Shown here: positions 8,355 through 15,995 of the stretch, piece after piece | How positions within the stretch are numbered: the stretch's first letter is position 1 | Layout: each line of letters starts with the position of its first letter | IMG/VR virus record: IMGVR_UViG_3300028591_000145 | Length of the DNA: 33,664 bases | Reading direction: 5' to 3' (one strand) | DNA from: an uncultured virus (IMG/VR IMGVR_UViG_3300028591_000145) | Taxonomy: Duplodnaviria; Heunggongvirae; Uroviricota; Caudoviricetes | Notes under the pieces: generated by a model | Database searches by the model: none | What the model saw: only the letters and a program-made list of their open reading frames with translations | What the model was told of the DNA's origin: nothing | Position numbers and translations under genes: made by a program

Positions 8355-8412
8355 CCTCTCTGATTTTAGAAAACAGGGAACAAGATTTCTTTTTCCTGTT
8401 CCCTGTATGATT

Positions 8413-8940
8413 TTATGCTATCATTTCGTAAATATCGCCATTCTCTGTCTTGTAAAAACTACCTTCTATCATTATGTCGCGCCCATATGCTTCGAAATCG
8501 AAATACGGTTCGACATTTTCCGGAATGTCAATACAGCCGCATTCCTTAGCGTAATAATAACCTACTGCAAATTCATCACTCTCGAAGCCTTCAGGCGTTG
8601 TAACATAAACAACATCGTCTAAGTGTTCCCTGATTTCTTCGGATTCTGTATATCCAAAATATTTTAGAACTTCTACCTTTTCCGGAACGTCTTCGATGAT
8701 TTCAGCAAGGTGGTTAAGTTCTTCAAGATTGTCATACTCGCCGATTCTTAAACCCGGAACATCGGATTCATAATCCGTAATAAAATATTCTTCGTAATAG
8801 TTCCCGTTCTCGTCTGGCTCTTCGCTGATTCCGATCCGCTCAAAAACCGGGCTAAAATCATCACAGGGAAGTTCTACCCATTCCCCAATTAAAGCACCTT
8901 CGTTGTACTTTCCAAGATTCGTCAAATAAATTCTTAACAT
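8413..8940 (-). CDS. ardA: Antirestriction protein ArdA (DNA mimic, type I RM inhibitor)
   Basis: IYLTNLGKYNEGALIGEWVELP...YFITDYE...YFDFEAYGRD; highly acidic. Confidence 0.95.
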   Translation of the reverse strand: MLRIYLTNLGKYNEGALIGEWVELPCDDFSPVFERIGISEEPDENGNYYEEYFITDYESDVPGLRIGEYDNLEELNHLAEIIEDVPEKVEVLKYFGYTESEEIREHLDDVVYVTTPEGFESDEFAVGYYYAKECGCIDIPENVEPYFDFEAYGRDIMIEGSFYKTENGDIYEMIA

Positions 8941-9129
8941 GGTCTTATCTCCTTTTCATTGTAGTTTTCTGACTTTTTAAGTTATCAGTGTGCTGTGCTG
9001 CTGTTCTTTTGATGTACTCATATTAGCATAACGTGCCGTTATTCGTCAATGAAATATTCTTAAAAAACTGCACAAAAATAACGTGCCTTTATTGTGCAAT
9101 TTGTAACGTGCCGTTATTCTTCCGGGCAT

Positions 9130-9158
9130 AAAAAAAGAGCGGTTTCTTTTCCGCTCTT
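9130..9158 (-). terminator. Intrinsic terminator
   Basis: AAGAGCGG/CCGCTCTT hairpin plus U-run. Confidence 0.8.
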
Positions 9159-9177
9159 GTTCTTTCTATATAATGGT

Positions 9178-9444
9178 TTATATTTTTCCTTCTTTCTTTC
9201 TCTTGTCCAGTTCTATTTGTTTGTATTTTTCAAGTAAATCCTTATATCTGGCTTCACCCAGATCTGATATAATCGCTGCTGTTATTGCTCTCGCTGCATA
9301 ACCGCCGGGCTTTTCATCTAATACTTTTTCAATTAGCTGCGCCGTTCCTATAGGCACTCGCGCTACAATTCTGTCACGGTGCAATGCTTCATATTTTGCC
9401 GTTGCTTTCACTTGCCTTTTCATTTGATCATCTGTCAATGTCAT
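9178..9444 (-). CDS. Probable ribbon-helix-helix repressor
   Basis: KATAKYEALHRDRIVARVPIGTAQLIEK...YAARAI resembles the RHH protein at 6834. Start moved to ATG 9444 (AAGGTGGAG RBS). Flanked by operator repeats. Confidence 0.65.
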   Translation of the reverse strand: MTLTDDQMKRQVKATAKYEALHRDRIVARVPIGTAQLIEKVLDEKPGGYAARAITAAIISDLGEARYKDLLEKYKQIELDKRKKEGKI

Positions 9445-9744
9445 TTTCTCCACCTTCTTTCTGTATAATGACAGTTTCGTGAATAACATTGTATAACGTG
9501 CCGTGCATATCTGTCAATCGTGAAAAATTGCACAAATAACGTGCCGTATTTTTGTATATTTTAACGTGTCGTTATTCCTTGCTTTTTGGCTAACGTGCCG
9601 TTATAATGAGACTTGCAAGCGAACATTGAAAACAAATACAGATTTTTTTCGGGTGACTTGTTCCGCTTGGCCTGTGTCATTGCGTACCGGGTGCGGGGCT
9701 TGTACGGTGAAAAAGATCACGAAATAAAAGGGGAATGTATAAAA

Positions 9745-9885
9745 ATGTCAGAACAGAACAGAAACACGCTTAAATCCACAATTTACAATCTTTCAGACGG
9801 GGATGCGGCGTTATATGCCGCACTCGCATCCATGACAGATGAACAGCTAGAACAGATTTTGACAGATATTTGTTCTAAGCCGTAA
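9745..9885 (+). CDS. Small hypothetical protein (46 aa)
   Basis: AAAGGGG RBS; first ORF of the rightward early operon. Confidence 0.55.
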   Translation: MSEQNRNTLKSTIYNLSDGDAALYAALASMTDEQLEQILTDICSKP

Positions 9886-9956
9886 ATCCTTGCCCGTCAT
9901 GTAGGCAGAAACCTGAAAAAATCAGGTTTTCCGGGATCGTTCCCCGGCGGCGGCTT
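9877..9956 (+). ncRNA. tRNA-like cloverleaf (non-canonical)
   Basis: AAGCCGT/GCGGCTT; TGCC/GGCA; AAACCTGA/TCAGGTTT; CCGGG-ATCGTTC-CCCGG. Confidence 0.55.
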
Positions 9957-9998
9957 TCTGGTAACTGTAAACATCTTATAAAAGGGGGATACCATAAA

Positions 9999-10373
9999 AT
10001 GAGAATCAGCCACAATACACGTAATTTAGCTGTTGCCGCGTTCCGGGCTTTTGGTACGGATTCAGAACAGGCAGCAGAACAGGCAGCGGAAGAAGCGGAA
10101 AACGCTTTACAAGCAGATTATGAAATCCTGTATAATTTGCTCGTGTCTGGGCAGGTGGATTACTTCTACCATGAAAGTGAACCGTCAAAAATCGGTCGGT
10201 CGCTGGTAGAAGTCTGGACGAGATCGAGTAGGCAGGGTGTGTCTGTTCAAAGATCGACTTTTCTAAAAGTTCCCGGTGGAGAACTGGTAGCACTTTCGCA
10301 TCATAACATTATGACGTTTTCCGATATGGTGAAAGATTCCATTCCGGATAATGTCGATATCATAGCAGCATAA
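9999..10373 (+). CDS. Hypothetical protein
   Basis: 124 aa; AAGGGGG RBS. Confidence 0.75.
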   Translation: MRISHNTRNLAVAAFRAFGTDSEQAAEQAAEEAENALQADYEILYNLLVSGQVDYFYHESEPSKIGRSLVEVWTRSSRQGVSVQRSTFLKVPGGELVALSHHNIMTFSDMVKDSIPDNVDIIAA

Positions 10374-10384
10374 AGGGGGTTTTT

Positions 10385-10579
10385 ATGTATAAGTATTTTA
10401 CTATCTTGCGTCCAGTGTCAATCGGCACGTTCCCGAAAGAGGGGTTTGTCGATTTCGTGAACTTTGATAAAAGACGTTATGTTCCTGAAATCGACCATGA
10501 TGCGTGGGGATATCTTCTGTATAACCGGGAACTGTCAGAAAAAGAGATACACAATTATGATTTTATGCCTATGCCGTAA
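10385..10579 (+). CDS. DarA-related (defence-against-restriction) small domain protein
   Basis: YF..LRPVSIGTFPK...FD.R....AWGYLLYNRELS.KEI..YD pattern recalled from DarA C-terminal / polyvalent-protein domains. Confidence 0.6.
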   Translation: MYKYFTILRPVSIGTFPKEGFVDFVNFDKRRYVPEIDHDAWGYLLYNRELSEKEIHNYDFMPMP

Positions 10580-10647
10580 CACAAAAATCAGTGTTCCCGG
10601 TTGAAATATACCGGGGATATTCACACAAATAAAAATGGGGGTTTACT

Positions 10648-10902
10648 ATGTTTTCAAAAAAAGAGTTATACAACGCTTTAAAAAATGAGGGTGAGGTTAT
10701 TGTGTTGTCAAATGAACAGGAACCGGGTTACTTTTCCACAGTCTTTTGGTTCAGTGACCGGGTAAACGATAAAATATCATGCTTTTGTCGTTCAATGGGT
10801 ATATTACCACGTGATGAAATGAACATTGATAGCCTGTATGAGTTGCTTTTACGGCTCTTTGAAGAAGGATTTCATGTTTTACTACGTGGTATGGATCACT
10901 GA
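10648..10902 (+). CDS. Hypothetical protein
   Basis: 84 aa; GGGGG RBS. Confidence 0.7.
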   Translation: MFSKKELYNALKNEGEVIVLSNEQEPGYFSTVFWFSDRVNDKISCFCRSMGILPRDEMNIDSLYELLLRLFEEGFHVLLRGMDH

Positions 10903-10920
10903 ACAAAACAGGATTCTGTT

Positions 10921-10998
10921 TGTCAAGTCTGGATGCCGTGGTTATGCCCGGATGGACGCACTTGTATAAGTGTTCACGGTTCGATTCCGTGATTGACA
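10921..10998 (+). ncRNA. tRNA-like cloverleaf / pseudo-tRNA
   Basis: TGTCAA/TTGACA acceptor; TCTGG/CCGGA; GCACTT-GTAT-AAGTGT; perfect T arm CACGG-TTCGATT-CCGTG. Confidence 0.65.
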
Positions 10999-11034
10999 TT
11001 TCTGGAAATAATATAGAAGGGAGATAAAAATATT

Positions 11035-11283
11035 ATGACATATCACGATGATTGCATTGTCAGAAAAGTACCAAAGGAAATCCGCAAGCGCACACAGGAG
11101 AATATGGATAAGTATTGTCTTTGCTTATATGATGCATTTAATGAAGCAGTACGGCACTATAACAAGTGTAGTAAGGAACTGTGGGCGGCGTTTATGAAAT
11201 CCGATTATAGATTGTATATTCCATCCGCTTATAATCCTGAGTATCTGGATTTTAGCAAGTATCCACTAAAGTATAGTATTTAA
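11035..11283 (+). CDS. Hypothetical protein
   Basis: 82 aa; AAGGGAG RBS. Confidence 0.7.
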   Translation: MTYHDDCIVRKVPKEIRKRTQENMDKYCLCLYDAFNEAVRHYNKCSKELWAAFMKSDYRLYIPSAYNPEYLDFSKYPLKYSI

Positions 11284-11302
11284 GAAAGTGAGGACGTGAG
11301 AT

Positions 11303-11503
11303 ATGACAAGAGAACGAATTGAGGGCATTCTGTCTGATGCTGTAGCCAGTATTTTTAATGATGCAGGAGTAAACACAGAACAGGTTATTGATACATCTTT
11401 GTGGGCTGGAATTGATCTTGATTCAGCATTCATTTATCATGTTGACGTTCTGTATAAATACGTCAATGCGGCGATTGATGCGGAAAGTGAGGTAAGAACA
11501 TGA
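11303..11503 (+). CDS. Hypothetical acidic protein
   Basis: 66 aa; GTGAGG RBS. Confidence 0.7.
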   Translation: MTRERIEGILSDAVASIFNDAGVNTEQVIDTSLWAGIDLDSAFIYHVDVLYKYVNAAIDAESEVRT

Positions 11504-11646
11504 CTTATAAGCAGTTCACGGAAAAATTGAGCGCATACTTTTCACCGTCTGAAATCTGCATGATAGATAAATATTATACAGATGTTGCGGTGGATACGGG
11601 ATTATGCAGGTGGATCAATCAAAAATCCGGATTTGTTAATCCGTGA
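11500..11646 (+). CDS. Small hypothetical protein (48 aa)
   Basis: GAGGT RBS; ATGA overlap with the previous gene. Confidence 0.6.
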   Translation: MTYKQFTEKLSAYFSPSEICMIDKYYTDVAVDTGLCRWINQKSGFVNP

Positions 11647-11686
11647 TATTGCAACTGGTGTATTCTAAGGAAAGGGAGATTGAATC

Positions 11687-11851
11687 ATGGTAAAATGGGA
11701 TATATTGAGGCCGGGTGATGTAGTACAGGATATGAACGGGATACAGTTAACCGTGACCGTCTGCTATGAGGGGCATGTAGTTGCGGAGTGCCCGGGTGAT
11801 CTGGTGAGGATCAGAGAAAACAATCAGCATAATTACAGGGTTATTAAATAA
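11687..11851 (+). CDS. Small hypothetical protein (54 aa)
   Basis: MVKWDILRPGDVVQD...; AAGGGAG RBS. Confidence 0.6.
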   Translation: MVKWDILRPGDVVQDMNGIQLTVTVCYEGHVVAECPGDLVRIRENNQHNYRVIK

Positions 11852-11861
11852 CTGTTGGCAT

Positions 11862-12143
11862 AAATTCGAGTCCGGGTATCCGGGGAAAGTGAGGGGGAAA
11901 ATGAGATATTTTGTTGTTAATGATTCAATGATTCCGCTATATGGACAACCTGAAAATGGATACACTAAAATGCAAGCCATTAGTAGAGCGCAAAGAGAAG
12001 TAGAGCAGTGCGCTAAAATGTTTAATATTTCATATTTTGAATGTGCATCATGGTTTCATATTCTTGATAGTAAAATGCATTACTGCGTTGAACTAGATAC
12101 AGCTATATAAAATTCGAGTCCGGGTATCCGGGGAAAGTGAGGG
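11862..12143 (+). repeat. 34-bp perfect direct repeat flanking one gene
   Basis: AAATTCGAGTCCGGGTATCCGGGGAAAGTGAGGG at 11862-11895 and 12110-12143; 16-bp partial copy at 14273-14288. Confidence 0.9.
11901..12110 (+). CDS. Hypothetical protein
   Basis: ATG follows the GAGGGGG RBS within the repeat. Confidence 0.7.
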   Translation: MRYFVVNDSMIPLYGQPENGYTKMQAISRAQREVEQCAKMFNISYFECASWFHILDSKMHYCVELDTAI

Positions 12144-12150
12144 CTATATA

Positions 12151-12372
12151 ATGCAGATAATGACGGGAACAAAAAGAGAAATAGCAATTCAGACATGGGA
12201 AGAACAGATTGAAAAGTATATGAAGCGTTTGAATGATTCTATGGAATGCTTCAGGAGATTTCATGAAGCTGATGATCTCACGCACATGTTAGAAGATATT
12301 GAGAAGTTGACCGAAAATGTTACATATTGTCGCAAGGCTATTGAACACATGGACAATCTGGGGATTAAATAA
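12151..12372 (+). CDS. Hypothetical helical protein
   Basis: 73 aa; RBS within the repeat. Confidence 0.7.
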   Translation: MQIMTGTKREIAIQTWEEQIEKYMKRLNDSMECFRRFHEADDLTHMLEDIEKLTENVTYCRKAIEHMDNLGIK

Positions 12373-12403
12373 TAATCCCCATTATAAATATGAGGGCTAC
12401 ACC

Positions 12404-12571
12404 ATGAAATGTAAAGATTGTGTATACTGTAAAGAATACTATCACAGCTACTATAATATCACAGCAAGGTGTACATGGTTCTGTAGAGATACAGCTTCTA
12501 ATAATGAAGGCTGCGACTATATTAAACCGAAACACAACAATACAGAAGAAAAAAAGAGGGTTACTAGATGA
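12404..12571 (+). CDS. Small Cys-rich (CxxCxxC) protein
   Basis: MKCKDCVYC...; GAGG RBS. Confidence 0.6.
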   Translation: MKCKDCVYCKEYYHSYYNITARCTWFCRDTASNNEGCDYIKPKHNNTEEKKRVTR

Positions 12572-12816
12572 GAACAAAGATAATCGAGGTAAATGTAAGC
12601 ACAGGCTATAAAGACTGCAATCATTCCGGGCATTATGCCGTATTATACGATGACACAGCTATAGCAAATCCATACATGGTGTACAGCTATTGGACTGGGT
12701 TTTCTGATCACGGAATTACAAAACATAGGACGCAACTACAGAAATACGGGGATTACGCAAGCGCAATGTATTTTCTGTATCAGGTGACCACAAATCAAAT
12801 CAGCATAGGAAAGTGA
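12568..12816 (+). CDS. Hypothetical protein
   Basis: 82 aa; translationally coupled to the previous ORF. Confidence 0.7.
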   Translation: MRTKIIEVNVSTGYKDCNHSGHYAVLYDDTAIANPYMVYSYWTGFSDHGITKHRTQLQKYGDYASAMYFLYQVTTNQISIGK

Positions 12817-12827
12817 GGGCTACCGGG

Positions 12828-13100
12828 ATGAAAAATACATACACAATCAGCTTAACAGGCATTGACGCTTATATCTGGGATGTACAGAAATACATCATGG
12901 ATAAGGTAGGAGTTGACGCAAGCAGCAGACTCATATATCCTTTAAAGCGGTATATCAACACAGGACGGGCAAGCAATGCGTTTCTGCGGAAGTTGTTCGA
13001 CATTGCACCATATCGAATAGGACGCATTCTAATGAAATCCGGTTCCGATGATGATGTGATCCGCTCAATTAAAATGGCTATTAAATTTGAGACTTACTAA
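12828..13100 (+). CDS. Hypothetical protein
   Basis: ATG after a GAGG RBS. Confidence 0.7.
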   Translation: MKNTYTISLTGIDAYIWDVQKYIMDKVGVDASSRLIYPLKRYINTGRASNAFLRKLFDIAPYRIGRILMKSGSDDDVIRSIKMAIKFETY

Positions 13101-13134
13101 AACCGATCCCTACCCGGTGAAAGAAGGTGATAAC

Positions 13135-13335
13135 ATGAAGGTGAAAACATTTCTGTCCGGTAACGGCAAGCCCTATACCATAACATTCTGGGATTCATGC
13201 CGTGAATTTAAATTGAACGACTTAGAAATGGTTAACTGGCATACCTTTGCAGAGGGTGATGATCTGTACGGTTTCAATCCGGAACCTATAGGAACAGTTG
13301 TCAAGATAACAGGTAATAAGATATTGATTGCATAG
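13135..13335 (+). CDS. Hypothetical protein
   Basis: AAGGTGA RBS before ATG 13135. Confidence 0.65.
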   Translation: MKVKTFLSGNGKPYTITFWDSCREFKLNDLEMVNWHTFAEGDDLYGFNPEPIGTVVKITGNKILIA

Positions 13336-13351
13336 AAGTGAGGGCTGCACC

Positions 13352-13687
13352 ATGATAGTTGAAACAAAATACCGAATATATGAAAATGTATTCCTGAGAG
13401 TTGAACGATATATGGCTGACAACAGCTTATGTATACTACTGTATAACCGGGATTATGCCGTAATAGCTAAATTAACCACCTGTCTGGATGACAAGAACCT
13501 GAAGGATAGCGAAGCGTATATTGATACGAATAACTGCCCGTGGGCTATTGATTTCATCCGCGAATACAATTTAGGTGTACTGACGGGAAAGAAAAGGGTT
13601 TCCGGATACTGTACATATCCGGTTGTCAGATTCAATATGGATGAAATCGAAAAACACGTGAAGCATTCGAGGGCTACCATTGATTAA
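13352..13687 (+). CDS. DUF4313-like protein
   Basis: AYIDTNNCPWAIDFI..YNLG..TG....SGYCTYPVVRF pattern. Confidence 0.75.
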   Translation: MIVETKYRIYENVFLRVERYMADNSLCILLYNRDYAVIAKLTTCLDDKNLKDSEAYIDTNNCPWAIDFIREYNLGVLTGKKRVSGYCTYPVVRFNMDEIEKHVKHSRATID

Positions 13688-13764
13688 ATCCCTAGACATG
13701 ATATAATAATAAAAGAAACTGTAAGATAGCATTTTTGCCGATTTTATCTAAGAAGGAGAAATCT

Positions 13765-13965
13765 ATGAGTGATTTAAGTGTTTTAAGGACAATAGCAACA
13801 CACATTAACCCGAATACTGGAATGACGGTTCCTGATAGAACAATCTTGTTTCTGGACAGCCGCATCGAAGAAGATGCAGACAACTACTATGCTGTCAGAG
13901 CATGGCATACTGACGGGAATGATCGGAAGATATACCCTAAGTCAGAATGGACTGCTGAATATTGA
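13765..13965 (+). CDS. Hypothetical protein
   Basis: AAGGAG RBS before ATG 13765. Confidence 0.7.
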   Translation: MSDLSVLRTIATHINPNTGMTVPDRTILFLDSRIEEDADNYYAVRAWHTDGNDRKIYPKSEWTAEY

Positions 13966-14027
13966 AGGCTACCCGGTTGATCTAAAATCTCTAAAATACT
14001 CTAAAAAATTCTAAAAAGGAGTGTATT

Positions 14028-14258
14028 ATGACTAGCACAGAATATAGCAACGCTATTCATGGTATCCTTGCAAGTGGCAGAGGTTATCAAGCAATCATTG
14101 ATTTGACGGAATACTTAAAAACTCTAAACGACAATGTAGATGCTGCCGTAAGAGAATACAAGTCCGAGCGACAAGCAGTCCGTAAAATCTGTAATAATCC
14201 TAACGTGACACAGAAAGAAAAACTGAGTGCCGTTATGAGCATGATGGGTGAAAAATAA
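14028..14258 (+). CDS. Hypothetical protein
   Basis: 76 aa; AAGGAG RBS. Confidence 0.7.
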   Translation: MTSTEYSNAIHGILASGRGYQAIIDLTEYLKTLNDNVDAAVREYKSERQAVRKICNNPNVTQKEKLSAVMSMMGEK

Positions 14259-14302
14259 ATTGCGCTCGTATTTTCGAGTCCGGGTATCAAAAGGAGAAAA
14301 AT

Positions 14303-14662
14303 ATGGGATACGAAAGCAGACTTTATGTTGTTGAAAAAGGCAGCGTCAAAGGCTTAAGTGGTAAGATTTATGGAATGCACGTAGCTGCATTTGAAATGGG
14401 ATGCGTATATGAGATGGTAGAGAAGATTAAGAAATATCCGCATACCGATACATTCTTCTTCGCTGATGACGGAAACACTGAAGTCACAAGCGATGCATAC
14501 GGAGAACCGTTAACTGAAATTCCCGTAAAGGATATGGCAAACATTATCCGTGAATTATCAAAACATGATGTATACAGGAGATATAAACCTGTACTGGCAT
14601 TCCTTGACACAATAGATGAATCAGAATGGCATAATATAGTTGTGTTACATTATGGACACTGA
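14303..14662 (+). CDS. Hypothetical phage protein
   Basis: 119 aa MGYESRLYVV...VLHYGH; AAGGAG RBS. Confidence 0.75.
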   Translation: MGYESRLYVVEKGSVKGLSGKIYGMHVAAFEMGCVYEMVEKIKKYPHTDTFFFADDGNTEVTSDAYGEPLTEIPVKDMANIIRELSKHDVYRRYKPVLAFLDTIDESEWHNIVVLHYGH

Positions 14663-14951
14663 AAATATTCGAGGGCTGGTATACTGTTTGACCGTCAAAA
14701 ATTCTCTGTAATCGTGTTTTCGATGCTTACCCTATAATTTATACCTTGAATGCGTTTTCGTTCGAAATTGAACCGCTTATGTCAATTTTAATAAGGATGG
14801 CGAGGAAATGAGAGAGATAGACAACATAAATGAAACCGGAATGAGGTTTCAAATCCGTGAAAATGATGTTTTAGAACTATCTGGCGAAAGAAAATTATCC
14901 ATACGGGCTTTAAAAGTCCTGATTGAGGTACTTTCAGAAATCTACTATAGT

Positions 14952-14989
14952 AAAAAGCAGATGGGGTAATTCCCACCTGCTTATTTTTA
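14952..14989. terminator. Bidirectional terminator between convergent transcription units
   Basis: AAAAAGCAGATGGG-GTAAT-TCCCACCTGCTTATTTTT. Confidence 0.7.
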
Positions 14990-15003
14990 TTCGAGGGCTA
15001 CAG

Positions 15004-15834
15004 TCAATCGCAAGAAATATATTTGCTTTGATACTTGTTTTCTGAATGATAAGCGTGCGAAGCGATATTAGCACTTTTACCAATATCTATCACGATATGC
15101 GGTTTTAATGATTCTCTTATTGTAATTAAATCATCATCAGACAAGTTAAACCATTCACATGATCCTTCTCTTAATCGTTTACTGGCATATAAATCATGCA
15201 AAAACTTTTCAAGCAAATCCATATTGCTGACATACTCAATGATTACATATTCAGGCTCTTCCGGTAATTTTGTATATTCTCCAAGGCGTCTACAGTCTTT
15301 TGACTTCCCGATTTTATAATACCCCATGCATTTCATCACGTAAATATAACCGGGCTTACCTATTGGATTGTTTTTAGATGGCACTATATTAACTTTCTTA
15401 TCGTAATTATTTTCATATACTTTGTCGGTAAAGTCCACACCGTCAAGTAATCTGTATTTTGATACCTTGACTGAAGAGATTTTGCCTGACTTAGCTTTGT
15501 AATGATCTTTTTCTACAATAATAAGCCCTACATCTTCAAGTTCTTTCTTTGCTCTTTTTACAGATGATTCACTCATTCCTGCTTGCACTGCTAGATAAGA
15601 ATTCTCACAAGTAAAAGCATTGTAATCATTCATGATCCCTAATTTCCTAGCATTTTCTTCTGAATTATTTTCACCTGTAAACCGATTTTCAAGATGTTTT
15701 AATGTCATATAAAGCCATTTTGCGTTTACCGAGAGACTGTGATACTTTTTCATTTTATCAGCAGTATCGCCCTCATAATGCTTTAACCAAAAAATGTGTG
15801 CAACCTGCATAAAATCACGACTTAGTTTTTTCAT
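15004..15834 (-). CDS. Winged-HTH plus T5orf172/MUG113 (GIY-YIG-like) fusion protein
   Basis: N-terminal LSVNAKWLY...LAVQAGMSESSVKRAKKELEDVGLI; C-terminal GYIYVM...YKIGKS...LEKFLH..Y...R...EWFNL. Confidence 0.75.
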   Translation of the reverse strand: MKKLSRDFMQVAHIFWLKHYEGDTADKMKKYHSLSVNAKWLYMTLKHLENRFTGENNSEENARKLGIMNDYNAFTCENSYLAVQAGMSESSVKRAKKELEDVGLIIVEKDHYKAKSGKISSVKVSKYRLLDGVDFTDKVYENNYDKKVNIVPSKNNPIGKPGYIYVMKCMGYYKIGKSKDCRRLGEYTKLPEEPEYVIIEYVSNMDLLEKFLHDLYASKRLREGSCEWFNLSDDDLITIRESLKPHIVIDIGKSANIASHAYHSENKYQSKYISCD

Positions 15835-15966
15835 TTCTTATCCTTTCTGAAATTTATAACGGTTCATAGAAATTAGAAATAGAGATTCAGTTATTGCAGA
15901 ACTGTTTCACCCTATGTCGTGTAGGCTGCAGCTATACGGCTATTTTCTTTTTTATGTTACGGAATA

Positions 15967-15995
15967 ATTATACCATGTTGTCATACAATTTGCAA
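15967..15995 (-). promoter_or_regulatory. SigA-type promoter
   Basis: TTGCAA-17 nt-TATAAT with extended TG. Confidence 0.65.

Larger units (their letters stand above)
9029..9603. promoter_or_regulatory. Seven TAACGTGCCGTTA operator-like repeats overlapping three promoters
   Basis: Copies at 9029, 9079, 9104, 9494, 9537, 9562, 9591. Promoters at 9020-9049 (-), 9488-9517 (-) and 9579-9607 (+, TTGCTT-17-TATAAT). Confidence 0.85.

Noticed and set aside
9029..9603. Replication iterons or CRISPR
   Set aside because: Irregular spacing, palindromic form and position inside promoter spacers fit operators better.
10921..10998. Functional tRNA-Tyr (GTA in the loop)
   Set aside because: A canonical 5-bp stem with 7-nt loop cannot form, and the D arm is aberrant.
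11862..12143. Mini-CRISPR array from the 34-bp repeats
   Set aside because: The intervening 214 nt is a gene, the repeat contains an RBS, and no cas genes are present.
8413..13687. Conjugative element (ICE) suggested by ardA and DUF4313
   Set aside because: No relaxase, T4SS or integrase; surrounding genes are phage-like.
14462..14477. Hammerhead core CTGATGA..GAAA
   Set aside because: Inside a CDS, with no room for stem II and no flanking stems.
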